57,310 nt of DNA, from the IMG/VR virus record IMGVR_UViG_3300043438_000704, positions 1 to 57,310 of that record. The stretch is one strand, 5' to 3'. The stretch comes from a virus. Its lineage: Duplodnaviria > Caudoviricetes. Under the pieces are notes generated by a model that made no database searches, was not told where the DNA came from, and saw only the letters and a list, made by a program, of their open reading frames with translations. Shown one piece after another: positions 31,216-43,524 of the stretch (positions are counted from its first letter, which is position 1; every line of letters starts with the position of its first letter). The position numbers were made by a program, and so were the translations under genes.

Positions 31216-33813
31216 AATTATGGGAGTAGATAATAGCACATATATCGGGGTATTTTTGGAAGTTCCAATCTTTGAAGGAATGGTTCCATATACCGTTAAG
31301 GTGAATTCCAAAGGTAAGGAGTATGATGAAGATATGCAATTCTGTCCAACCACTGGAGAGAAATTGAAAACGATTGAGAAATCAAAAAAGGAAAGAATAT
31401 ATCCACACCCATACATAGAAGATGAGAATGATGCAGATTATGATACTTTCTGGACGCCGGAATATCACGAAGGTAATAGAAATTTTAAATACTTTCTGAT
31501 CAATAGTAGAGCAAATCATGTGAGTCTTGAATCGTGTGAAACATACGAATTCTTCGGTAAACGTGATTTTGATGAGGAAATTGAAAAATTTAAAGAAAAA
31601 TATAAAAAATATCTTGAGTATTACAAAAGCCTTGGGTATGATTATAAGATCAAATGGGGGTGTGTGAATTATGCACACTGATAAGGATAGACGGGAGATA
31701 GGTAGAGAAATGGTAATTGCATATGATGAAACATCTTATATGAAAGATGCGATCAAAAGAGTTATTTCAAAATATCCACAAATACCAACAGATGTTCTTG
31801 AGATGATGTGGTATTCAATTGATGAACATATAGACAAGTATGAAGGATCTTGAATTAGCAAACGAAATGATCGCCAATCTGGACGCACACAAAGCACAAC
31901 CGGATTGGCAAGAGACAATGGATCAATTCAAACCAATGATTGAGGAGATCATGGAAGAGGATCAATGCAATGCCATGAAAGCATCCATCCCAATTCTCAA
32001 GAAATTCAAAGAGAATGACGATCAATATGGAGCGGGTTTGCTCATGGCGATTGTCACTGATATGATGTTGGAAAATGTTAAAAATTAAAATTATGGAAGA
32101 ACACGATTATTACAGAGTTCAAGTAACCAAACATAGTTACACGGATGTTTACATTAGAGTCCCCAAGGGAGAGACTGTGACATTCAAGGATAGGAAGCTT
32201 ATCAAGGAAGCCACGGTTAAGACAACCACGAAATATGATTGGGATGACTATGGGTGGGAAGATGATCTTGAGGTGCATGAAGTGGAGAAGGTGTCTGAAA
32301 AGGATGCGACCCAATACACTTTCTATGATGGGTTTGATTTCAAATGCCTTTAAAAACTAGAATACACTTGTGACACTATGAGAAATAAATTATACATTCA
32401 TAATGGTGCTGGGCATTACATCGGATCGAGAGTAATCGTTTGCGCCACTTGTAGGGAAGATGCTGAGAGCCTTATCAGAAATGAGTTGGATAAAGCTGGA
32501 CTTCGTGATGAGCCGTTGAATGTTACGGAAGCGAAGTTCAGTAAAAACATGGTGATTCTATTTGAAGACGGGGATTATTGACATGGAAATCATCCCCGTA
32601 AAATACAAAATAAAACAGGACATCAATGAGCATGTCTATTACATTGAATTAATGGGAACTGCTAAAGAACCGGGATGGTTTGTCACAATTCGTAGTGGTA
32701 GTGATTGGGCTGTATTGTGTAAGGATGGTGGTTGGTCTGCTTGGTCGGATTATAAACAATCATACGCCACTCCAGAGGAAGCTTTGGAGTTCTGGAAAAG
32801 TATTTACGTTAAAAAATAGCATAGAATAAAGACATGATTGACGACATCTACAAAATTCTAAGACATCATGACAAAGCCGCAAAGCTGTTGAGGGATATAG
32901 AGGATAACAAGATCGCGCTTGCATCCATCATCGCTAGGGCGGCGGATGATATTAAAGAGTTGCGGCGGGAAAACGCCACTTTAAAAGCCAAAATCAAGAA
33001 GTGGAAAACATCTTGAAAACCATCGGCATTGTGGTAGGATTCCTTTGTGGATTGTATTTGATCTACCTAATTTTTAAGAAAATATTATGAAACTTAATCA
33101 ACGAGAACAGACCATCATCAAAGCCATGCGAGGTGGGGAGAGATGTATCTACATGCCTTATGCTGGAAGATACAATCCCAATGCATATTATACCATTGGT
33201 AACATTGGAAAATGCACCCGCGAAATCAATAAGCTGATTAAGTTGGGTTTGGTTGGACATGAAACATTGGGATTCAATAAAGAAAAAGTATCCTTAACAT
33301 CGGAAGGGGAAGCTTTCAAATTGGAATTGGAAGAACCCTATGATGTGTGGGTGGTTAATCGTAGCTGGGGGTTGAAAGTTGAGAAGTATTCAGGATTTCT
33401 CAAGAATGACACTCTACTTATGGCCAATGGTAGCTCTGTTAAGAAAAGTAAAGATAAGGAATTCTTCACGGATAGGGATAAGGCGTTTGAACGTGTCATT
33501 GCTTTGCAAGAACAATATGTCAGGATAGCGGAAGGAAAGGTTGGGATTGAAAAGAAAGCCTTGGAAGATATGGAACATCATAGGAAGAACCCTGATTTGG
33601 ATAAGGCTGGGTATCTTTAAAAACTAGAATACAATCAATTCATGAAGCAAGATTATTCCGTTGATATTTGGCGAAGTGTGAACGGCGCGTTGAAAGCAAT
33701 GTTGGAAGAGCATGGAACCATCACCAAACAGAATTACGGTAGTGCTGGTAAAAGAATTGCTGGACAAATTGAAACCATGATTCATAATCAAATTAGAAAA
33801 CAAATACAAGAAA

Positions 33814-34773
33814 ATGAACAACTTAGCAAGTATTGAAAAAATCACCCGTGTATATCCTCACTCCACCGCCGATGCCTTGGAGTGCTTAGAAGTCCGCAAT
33901 TGTCAAGTGATTGTCCCCAAGGACAAGTATAAGGAAGGACAGAAGATCGTATTCATCTGGCCTGATTCCATCCTGCCGGATAAGCCATGGGCGGAATTCT
34001 ACAAGGCTAAGAGTAGTAGGGTGAAAGCAATTAAGCTCAGAAATCTGTTCAGCTTTGGAATTGTTGAGACATTTGAAAACGTGGGATATACCGGAGAGAT
34101 TGAAATTGGTAAAGAGATTTCTGAAGAATTGGGCATTTTTAAATACGAGCCACCAGCCCCGAAAGACCTTCAAGCCAAGGGTGGATTGCCGTTTGGTATT
34201 CCCAAGACGGATGAAGAGAATCATTATAAATTTGATACTCTCCCATATGGAGAGCTTTGTACAGTTTCTAGGAAAAGAGATGGCTCGTCTGGGTCATTTT
34301 ATTATCATTTGGAATCTGATACTTTTGGTGTCATGTCCCGTTCTCTGGAACTGAAACCTGAATGTTTCAATATGTGGACTGAACATATTCCTCAATATGA
34401 TATTGAAAACAAGTTGAGAGAATATTGTATTCAAAATCAAATCTCTCTATGTATTTGGGGGGAGAGCTTTGGTAATGGTCGCAATGGTCACAAGGCTAAC
34501 GTGGATGCCAAGGAACAAACATCTTGGGAAATGTTCAGCGTGTGGGATATTGAGAAGCGTAGATATATCACTCTGGAAGAAGAGCATAACTTCATCGCGG
34601 TAGCCAATGCTTGCGGATTCAAACATGTTCCTGTTCTGGAACAAAACGTGGTTTTAACTACTGAATTGGTTGAAAAGTATGCGAACGGTAATATTGGGTT
34701 TGAGGGCGTGGTAATTCATTGTAAAGGTGATACGTTCAAAGTTATATCATTATTTTATGATGCTAAAAAGTAA
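33814..34773 (+). CDS. RNA ligase, DRB0094 family
   Basis: N-terminal LASIEKI..PH..ADALE...PDSILP, then IPKTDEE, KRDGSS, WGE, EGVV and FKVIS. Confidence 0.85.
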   Translation: MNNLASIEKITRVYPHSTADALECLEVRNCQVIVPKDKYKEGQKIVFIWPDSILPDKPWAEFYKAKSSRVKAIKLRNLFSFGIVETFENVGYTGEIEIGKEISEELGIFKYEPPAPKDLQAKGGLPFGIPKTDEENHYKFDTLPYGELCTVSRKRDGSSGSFYYHLESDTFGVMSRSLELKPECFNMWTEHIPQYDIENKLREYCIQNQISLCIWGESFGNGRNGHKANVDAKEQTSWEMFSVWDIEKRRYITLEEEHNFIAVANACGFKHVPVLEQNVVLTTELVEKYANGNIGFEGVVIHCKGDTFKVISLFYDAKK

Positions 34774-35346
34774 TTGCATATTAATATTTATCACAACGAC
34801 CATCAACAAAATTTACGACTCTAAAAAATGATTGATATATTTGAAAAACATGGGCTACGCATCGCCCGAATGATAGGACATTCCAAATCGTTCTATCGAC
34901 ACGAACATCCCGATCATGTTGTGGTATTCAATGCCAACGTTTTCACGGAATCATCCGGCAAGGTGTGGCACGGTGATCTGGACTTGACAAAGGATGGGGA
35001 TAAGCTATCATCCATTTCAAAGGAGATTGGCGAACCGCTGTATGTCTTGTATGAGATGGATGGTAGGTTTGAGAACGAGAATCTGAAATTTAAATTGGTG
35101 AAAGAAAAGGCAATCGGGAGATTTTGATATGGATCACAAATTCTACTACTATGAATACTCCGATGATGGGGGACAGACTTGGATGTTTGGGGATTATAGC
35201 AAATATTTGATATCCATCATAGACATCACGAAGGACAATCCATATCAGGTTAGAATCAGGAACGAAAAGGATGAAGATGTTAATTGGGATTTTTTGTCGG
35301 ATGCGAGAGAACAACTTGAATGTATTAGAAAAATATTAGAGAAATT

Positions 35347-35943
35347 ATGAAATTATATTTGATTCGACATGGGGAAAGTTTGGGTAATAAACATCCCGAA
35401 ACATACTATCAAATGCCCGAATGGAAAATTCCAATTACGGAAGAGGGTAAGCAACAAGCTGAAAAATGTGGTTGCGACTTGGCGTGGAGGATGTATTATG
35501 CTATTATGATTTCCAGCCCATATGTGAGAGCTAAAGAAACAGCATCCATAATTAAAGACCAATTCCATAAAGCGAAAATTTTCTCATATCTTGAAAATCC
35601 TCTCATTGTTGAACGTGCATGGGGAAACCTACGCGATGAAGTGGAGCAATTCAAGACAAGGGAAGAACGCAATCACCTGTTTGATTTCTATCGTCGCCCA
35701 ACAGGAGGGGAATCGTTTGCTGATGTTTATCAAAGGGCATTCATCTTTCTGGAATATCTCAAGAACAAATTCAAATATGATAGAGATGATCCATGGGACA
35801 GAGAAAACAATATCATCATCGTATCCCACGGTGAATTTCTCAAGGTTCTGCTTATGATCATTGATGGCAACACCGTGGAGGAATTCGATGGTCTGCCGAA
35901 TCCCAAGAATTGTGAGATTATCATGCGAACGATTGGTGAATAA
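35347..35943 (+). CDS. Histidine phosphatase family protein
   Basis: Motifs IRHGES, SSPYVRA, GGES and VSHG. Confidence 0.9.
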   Translation: MKLYLIRHGESLGNKHPETYYQMPEWKIPITEEGKQQAEKCGCDLAWRMYYAIMISSPYVRAKETASIIKDQFHKAKIFSYLENPLIVERAWGNLRDEVEQFKTREERNHLFDFYRRPTGGESFADVYQRAFIFLEYLKNKFKYDRDDPWDRENNIIIVSHGEFLKVLLMIIDGNTVEEFDGLPNPKNCEIIMRTIGE

Positions 35944-38311
35944 AAACTAGACCACAATCAGGACATGGAAAACGACCGATGTAGATATACTCCATCATGG
36001 AAGGAGCCATATCCAAGGGATGAACATGGTTCATGTCTATGTGAAAATTGTGAAAAGAAACGTCAAAAGACCAAAGCATTGAGAGAAAGACAGAAAGAAA
36101 ATCTGGATGATGCTTATCTTTGTAGATATTATGGGAAACCTCAATGTGAAATGACCTACGACGATTGGAAAGTTGTGGATACTCTCAAAATAAATCTCAA
36201 ATTAACTAAAAAAATAAAAGAAACATATGCAAAACAATATTGAAACACTACGGACTAAATTGTGGGATGTAATCGGTCGTATTGAAACCGATCCTAGCTT
36301 TGTAGCACAAGCTGTTCAAATCAACAACGCTGCTGGGAAATTGATTTCCACCGCTAAAGTTCAATTGGAATACCATGCATTACGCAAAGAAAGCCCCAAT
36401 ATTGAATTTCTTACTACCCCGAAGAAGTGAAAAATAAAATTATCAAAGCTTGGGATCGCTTCATATACAAACACACATTCCATACAATCAAGAGAATGGC
36501 AGTGAATACTCCGGGATTTTCATATCTGCTGGAACTCCACATTCGCAAGTGGAATGAAATGAATCCGATTCCTGATAGCTTAAAAAGCGCAACGGAAACG
36601 TTCTTTGAAGCGATGGAGAAATACGATAAAAACTAGAATACAATAACGACATGTTCAAGCTACCACAAATAATCATTGGCTGTGTGCTATTCTTCATCGG
36701 CATGTCCATCCCTCTGGGATTCTTCGGACTGTTTGGTATGTTGTTGGCACTAATTGGCGCGTTCTTTCTCTCCCGTCCTTTCGCTTTGGACAGCGGATTT
36801 GGGAATACTCCCGCGTTCTTCCTGATTGGCATGTTTGTGTTTATCCCATCGTTCTTTTTAGCTGAAAAGCTATTTATGGAAATCGGGTTAGATAGCTTGA
36901 CAAGTGGGGTGATTAGGCTAACACTTTGTCTGGTGGCAGGGGTTCTGTCCTTTCTCTCAATCTCAAAAAATTAATAATATGGCACTATATAAAAAAGTAT
37001 GGTTTAACGCTGGTTATCGAGATAATCAGAAAAACACTGAAAATCCCGAAGCGATTTGCCAAGAGGAATGGAGTCGAATGGTGGATGAGGTTGAAAATAG
37101 TAGCTATTCATTCACATTTTTAGTGGAACATTTTCCATTCTATAAACAAGGAGTAACAAAAGCATATAACGAAAAGAACAAATAACATGGCTAATAAAAA
37201 AACGAGAGCAAGTCGGGCAAGAGGATGGTGTAGTTCCTTGGATGAAGCTACCAATGGGAACAAAATCTTCAAGGGAGACGTATGCGATACCGCATGGAAC
37301 GCCAAGGCATCCAACAAGAGGGCGCGAAAGGTCTATGGTAGATCACCCCAACATGGTAAGGACTGATGGGTAGTATCTTCAACAGGCGTAAGATTCTCCA
37401 TGGCTTTCCAAAGGATGGACAGAAGATCAAAGCCATTGCAAATGAAACCAATTCGTGGTTCACCAATGTAATAGAGAATACCAAGAAGCTGGAGATTGGA
37501 AGAGAATATACCGTTCTTAAAACCGAATTAAATTCATCCACATCTTATGTATGGTTGGAGGAATTCGGGAAAGATATGTTTTTCAATCTACATAGCTTTG
37601 AATGGGAAATGCCGAAGCTTGATCCGAATGATCTGATTGGGTTCTTTGTTCTTGATTTGCATATGTTAAATTACAAATATGGATTGGGTATCCAGTGGAA
37701 GGATGATATCCGTTGTGATGGAAGTCCCATGCTTGTGGTGAAGTGTGAGAACGAGGAACACAAAGACATGGTGACGAGCGCATCTTTTAAAAACTAGAAT
37801 ATAATACGAACATGATCAAATTCATTACAGAACAAGAAAAGACGGAGAACCAATTCCAAGATGTGGAACATGATCAATTCTTCATTGATTGTTTGGGATA
37901 TCTCTGCCAAAAGACGAATGATGTTACATATACAATCATCGCAAATTCCTATGGCATACCTTATTCAGATCATCGTTTACATGTCAAACGAGAGGATAAA
38001 ATCGGGAAAATCCTTCCAAAAGTAACCAAAATCGAATTTAAATAATGCACCCAAAATTCAATCCCCAAGCACTGCTTAACAAACCTCTGGAAATCTCCTA
38101 CTGGAAAGATTCCGCTGGCGAGGACGCAAAAATCGTTGACATTGGCGATGGTCAGTATAAGATCGTATTTGAACAAGCACCGGAAGATGACGAACAAGAC
38201 GATCCCTTCATCTGGACAACCCAAGAACCCGAATCAGTTGAAGGGGATACAGCATTCTTCCGTAACATTGGAGTGACAAATTTCTATCTAAAAGTAAAAC
38301 AAAAGAACAAT

Positions 38312-38494
38312 ATGAGAACAACCGTGAAGGAACTGAGTGAGAAGCTGGGGGTGGATACCGTTTATGTGAACGGATTTCTCCAAACCCTAATCAAGATGGG
38401 CAAGGCAAGCGTGGTGGGCAAGGTGGAGAAACCTGCCGGAACAAGGGGCAAACCTTCCAATATCTACGAAATCAACGAAGGGATCGTGGATTGA
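38312..38494 (+). CDS. Small winged-helix DNA-binding protein (probably its own start within ORF 38045-38494)
   Basis: TVKELSEKLGVDTVYVNGFLQTLIKMGKA...GTRGKPSNIY; A/C-rich leader before the ATG at 38312. Confidence 0.65.
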   Translation: MRTTVKELSEKLGVDTVYVNGFLQTLIKMGKASVVGKVEKPAGTRGKPSNIYEINEGIVD

Positions 38495-38502
38495 TTTTTT
38501 TC

Positions 38503-38598
38503 GATAGATTGGTGTAGTGGTAGCACGGCAAATCCGAACAGGACAACCCTGATTAGGTATCCAAAATGGTTGCGATGGTTCGATTCCATCATCTATCA
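38503..38598 (+). tRNA. tRNA-like RNA with aberrant, elongated anticodon arm
   Basis: Acceptor GATAGAT/ATCTATC, D arm GTGT-AGTGGTA-GCAC, T arm GATGG-TTCGATT-CCATC; 46 nt between the D and T arms; no encoded CCA. Confidence 0.75.
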
Positions 38599-38631
38599 AC
38601 ATTATAAAAACTAGATCACAATACAAAAACA

Positions 38632-39192
38632 ATGAGCAAAACACTAATTACAACACTGTCGGTTCTTGGGGGTATCATCCTCCTTGGAGTAATCCTTCTG
38701 GTTTCCGTTCTGGGAAGCTTTAACTCTTACACAAGATTTGAGAATCTGGCGAAAGCAGCGCAAACGGATAATAAAAATATCCTTGATAACACCCGAAAAT
38801 CCATTCGGGAAGCTGCCAACGTATCAGACAAGGAGGTGGAAGCCCTTACCAACATCATCACGGGCTATGCCGATGCAAGAGGGGGTAACACGGCAGGAGA
38901 GGGGCAGCTTGTCACTGTAGGTATGGTGACGGAAGCAGTCCCAAGTATCCAAGGCATTGAAACGCTAAAGAATCTCCAGAACATCGTGGTCGCAGGGCGG
39001 AAGGATTGGCAAATGGCGCAAACACGATTGGTAGATATCAAACGACAAGCGGATAATATGTTGGGGACTGTGCCATCTGGTCTTATTCTGAAGATGTTTG
39101 GTAAAAAGGAAATTGAAATCATTATTGTGACATCAAAGGAAACCGAAGGTAACTTTGCCACTGGTGAGGATAATTCCAATTGGGTTGAGTGA
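38632..39192 (+). CDS. Membrane-anchored LemA-like helical protein
   Basis: N-terminal TM helix; LKNLQNIVVAGR..WQ..Q.RL.D.KR...TVPSGLI pattern. Confidence 0.5.
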   Translation: MSKTLITTLSVLGGIILLGVILLVSVLGSFNSYTRFENLAKAAQTDNKNILDNTRKSIREAANVSDKEVEALTNIITGYADARGGNTAGEGQLVTVGMVTEAVPSIQGIETLKNLQNIVVAGRKDWQMAQTRLVDIKRQADNMLGTVPSGLILKMFGKKEIEIIIVTSKETEGNFATGEDNSNWVE

Positions 39193-39467
39193 TGAATACC
39201 AAATATCCAATAAATACTGAAGTCAGATATGTTGATCCATATGTCTTATGGAAAACGGGTAAGATTGTTGATTACACAATTAAAATGGGTAAAGTGATTG
39301 ACCATACGGATTCTGGATATACAATCGATCCATGGGCTTCCGGTCATTACGGGCATAAAACATATAATGTTTCAGAAGAAGACATTTGGCCAACGGAAGA
39401 ACGACTTGAGAATTTGAAAAAAATCGCACCCGTAAAAACCTGTAAAGGTTGGAAAAATAAATAAAAA

Positions 39468-40541
39468 ATGACAAGCGGATATTGGATATTCCTACTGATG
39501 ATAATCCCTGTGATCGCGGGGATTATCTCTTGGCAAAAGTTCCACACCATTGAATTGTGGGAAGCTGCAACCAGTGTCGGATCGGCACTGTTGGTTATAA
39601 CGGGAGTCTTTGTGATATCCCAATGTAGCCTGAGTCATGATAATTACACGGAATCGGGGAGGATCATGTCGGTTGTCCATACGCCCGAATGGAGGGCGGA
39701 ATGGACGGAAACAGAGACATACACGACAACCGATTCCAAGGGTAAATCCCATACACATACAAGACTGGTCACAAAAAGAAAAACACATCATCCCAAATGG
39801 GAAGCAGATACTTCAATTGGTCGCATGAGAATCACGGAAGGATACTTCAACCATATTGGAGCCAAGTGGGGGATTCATAAAGAGCGAGGATATCGCCCCA
39901 ATTATGATTCAGGAGATAGATATGATTATCATTCAATTGTAAGTGATGATCCTGAATATTGTGATTATCCTGTCAACGGGACTGCCATGTGGTCAAACCC
40001 TATCAAAACCCAAAAGGGTTTGCACGGATATGGAAAGCTATCGGATAAGGAAATCCAACAATATGGATTGTTTGAATATCCCAACCATGATAAATTCAAA
40101 TCTTCCCGATTGCTTGGTGATGCTCCTATAAGCCATTGGGATTGGGATAAGATGAACACATACCTGTATGATCAACGGGGAGTGAATGTCCTTATGATTA
40201 AATTGGGTAGCATTGATACCGCGAAGAAATTACAACAACATTGGAAGAACGGTAAGAAGAATGATTTGATTCTATGCTATGGTGATGGTTGGTCTTATGT
40301 GTTCGGGTGGAGCGACAAGGAGCTTGTTAAGATGAATTTACAGACAATCTTGCTGGACAATCCGATTGATGTTAATATCATCCCTCTGATAAAATCCGAA
40401 ATCCTGAAAAATTACAAGCCCCACAATTGGGAACAGTATCAGGATGATGAATTCGTGGTGGAGACTTGGATGATCGTCACGGCATTCCTGCTGATGATCG
40501 CAACCCAAGCGGGACTCTATTATGCGTTTCATAAAAACTAG
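39468..40541 (+). CDS. Membrane protein (2 N-terminal and 1 C-terminal TM helices)
   Basis: Hydropathy pattern; ends KN* in a junction element. Confidence 0.75.
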   Translation: MTSGYWIFLLMIIPVIAGIISWQKFHTIELWEAATSVGSALLVITGVFVISQCSLSHDNYTESGRIMSVVHTPEWRAEWTETETYTTTDSKGKSHTHTRLVTKRKTHHPKWEADTSIGRMRITEGYFNHIGAKWGIHKERGYRPNYDSGDRYDYHSIVSDDPEYCDYPVNGTAMWSNPIKTQKGLHGYGKLSDKEIQQYGLFEYPNHDKFKSSRLLGDAPISHWDWDKMNTYLYDQRGVNVLMIKLGSIDTAKKLQQHWKNGKKNDLILCYGDGWSYVFGWSDKELVKMNLQTILLDNPIDVNIIPLIKSEILKNYKPHNWEQYQDDEFVVETWMIVTAFLLMIATQAGLYYAFHKN

Positions 40542-40778
40542 AATACACTCATAGCATGAAACAAGGAACCGAAGAATTTTGGAAATGGTGGAATGATCAG
40601 GATAATGGTTGTCCCACTCTGGTATTGGACAATGATGAGGAATTCGCCATTGCTGTGTGGAACGCTGCCATGAAAGTTGCGGCGAATACATGCGATCAAA
40701 TCGGCATCAAACACCAAGAAGTGGATGGATCATACTCAGCGGGAAAACACGTTTCATAAAAACTAGAATACACTCATA
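40525..40778 (+). repeat. 29-bp perfect direct repeats flanking a 67-aa gene
   Basis: CGTTTCATAAAAACTAGAATACACTCATA at 40525-40553 and 40750-40778. Confidence 0.9.
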
Positions 40779-43461
40779 CCACAATGAATCCGTTCAAACC
40801 AACAATCAACCTGATCAAGTCCACGTTTTGGAAAATCCATTATCGCCTGTTTCTAGGCAAGGATTACCAGACACGCATGGAGCAAGCATCAAGCATCTTC
40901 TCCAACGTGATCGATTCCACGAACGGCAGGGTATCCCATTTCCATGATATCAAGGGAGAACGCATCCGTGGTTATCACAAGCGGATCAAGTTCAATGATG
41001 TTGCACAACATCCTTTGATTACGAAATACTCATAATATGAAGACTAAAGATTATCTTGGATTAGGACTTCTTTGTGGGTTTGTTTTGGGAAATGGTATTT
41101 GGATTATGGTTGGAATATCTATCAACGAATCTACCACAAAAACATACCAAGCAGAAGCTTTCAATCGTGGTTACATGGAGAAAAAGATTGATGAAAACGA
41201 TGAAGTGATCTACGTTTGGATCGAACCGAAGGACAAATAATATGATGCAGGAAACTTACGAAGTCGATGGTTACACGATCATCGTGGAACGACATGAAAC
41301 CGAAGATGATCTATATTATATCCACAATGTCATGCTTCCCAATGGGGAGACACATATGCTGGATACGTGCAGACAGGTGTATGATCGGGACATTCTGGCG
41401 TTTCTGGCATTCTATGAAGTGTTTGGGCGATTCCCGACACGCAAGGATCATCCGACGAACAAGATCGGTGGCTTGAATGCCAAGAGGATTCTTGAGATTA
41501 AAAACTAGCTTACACTTGAGCCATGAAAGTTCAATCCGTTTACATCTGTGAAATCTGCAACGTTTCACATAAAACCAAGAGTGCTGCGAAAAGATGTGAA
41601 ATCGCTTGCACAAAAGAGCGGGAAAATTCCCAAGAGGAAAAGAATAAAAAAGATGCTGAGAAGGAAAAATGGTTTTCGGCGCAATCTCTTTCTGAAATCG
41701 CGCAAAACATTTCCAAGTATTTGACTAGCAAAACAAAAATCAAGTGCCGCGCAGAATTTACGGGCATGTCTCCTAATGAAACTTGTAGTAATTCCCACGG
41801 TTCCCCAATTGGAAAACCTTCAAATTGGTGCGCCAAAAATAACAACTTGCCAACTGGTTACATGGGCATTGTCGGAAATTTGAACATCCATATTGAAGGA
41901 GGTTATAACTCTAAAGTTAGTTCTGCTTTTGACAATATTCGTTACCAATACAATATCTCTACAGGTTGCGGCGGTGCAAGAGGGTGTGGCCTTGGTTATC
42001 AAATAACCGTTTGGGCTGATGACTTTCCGAATATCAGGAAGAAAATGGAGGCATACTTCAAGACAATTCACCAAAGCGGGATTTATTCAGATGAATTGAA
42101 CCAAATTAAATCGGATCATTATTACTCAAAAATGAATTTCATTCACAATCACGAAGAATATATAGCTCAAGAAGAAGTAATACGACAAGCGCAAAAACAA
42201 ATGAGGGAAATTGAAGAATCATTAGTCGCCGATTTTCAAAATAACAACCCCATCCCAAAACCGAAAAATGAAAAGGTTACTTGGGATGATGTTCGCAAGA
42301 TTGAGCAAAGTTTTATCAATTAACAATATGACATTCACAATCGAACAAGTCCGCGAATACGTTGAAGGGTTTCTAGGAGCGGACAATGACATGCAAGCCC
42401 TTGACTTGAACCAGATTAAGGCAATGTTGAGCAACGCTAAGGCATGTGTAGATGATCCAAGCGATGGGATCGTGGATTATGTGGGGAGACAGGGTATTCC
42501 ATTGTATAAGGTATTGGGTATGTCCGAAGATTCATATGAGAAATCCCTGTTGAAAACACTTGAAAATGAAATGAATATGACTCTGGATGATGTTTATGAA
42601 TTTGTTGATCAAAGTTTAAATAAAAAATAAAAGATGGAAGATTTCGTAGATAAATTCGAAGAGTGGACAGACGAAGAACTCACCAAAAGGTGGAATTATC
42701 TGGAAACCAAACCGCTTTCCCATTATGTGGAACAAACGATGGATGACATTGAGGCAAGTCTTAGTTATCGGAGGGTGGTAGCTTGGGATGCGGATGGTAA
42801 GATCACCCACAGGGATTAAAAACTAGATTACACTTGAGCCATGAACGAAGCGCAAATCGCAATTTGGCTAACGGAGCATACAATCAAAACCAATAATCCC
42901 ATCACTTTCATGAAGGTGTATTGGTCAATTGGTGATTGGTATGTGGAAGGCAGCATTTCCATTCATGAATTGGGACATGCTAAAATCGATTTCATGATTG
43001 ATTCATGTCACAAATTTGTAGGGTTTGACAAGACTACGGATGTGGAGATCAAATTCTCCACAGATCGGAGCCATTGCTATCGCGCAATTCAATCCTTTCA
43101 ACAAAGGATTGATCGGGAATTAGAGAAGATTGAAGCATTCCTACTCACCATTCCCGTTAAAAACTAGAACATAATCACACCATGGCTAAACAATACTACA
43201 TGTATATCCCACTGGATATCGACAAGAACAAGAACACCCGATTCGTTGTTGAAACGGATGGAATTCCCACTGGTAAAGAATTCTCAGGTAAGGTGGTGGC
43301 AAGGAACAAGAAAGCTTACTGGTATCTGAATGCGGAATGTGAGCATTGGGTGAATCCTATTGCTGAGTTGCAGGAAGGTAGCAAGCCAAGCTTTCTCCCA
43401 ATCAATGAGGATGAAGTGAAGGAACGATTTGATGAGCATTGTATTGAAGAATAAAAACGAA

Positions 43462-43489
43462 TTGACTTTTTTAAAAACTAGAATACAAT
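43462..43489 (+). promoter_or_regulatory. Hybrid promoter TTGACT-N16-TACAAT with the AAAAACTA box inside the spacer
   Basis: TTGACT 43462-43467, TAAAAACTAG 43472-43481, TACAAT 43484-43489. Confidence 0.7.
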
Positions 43490-43524
43490 TTGCTCGTAAC
43501 GAAAAACAACAACACACTACTACA

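Noticed and set aside
43429-43524. N-terminal extension of the DUF932 ORF (likewise 1749-1793 for rmlB and 16360-16416 for the gene after the ncRNA)
   Set aside because: The extensions run through promoter or terminator sequence; the family-typical or leader-supported starts lie downstream.
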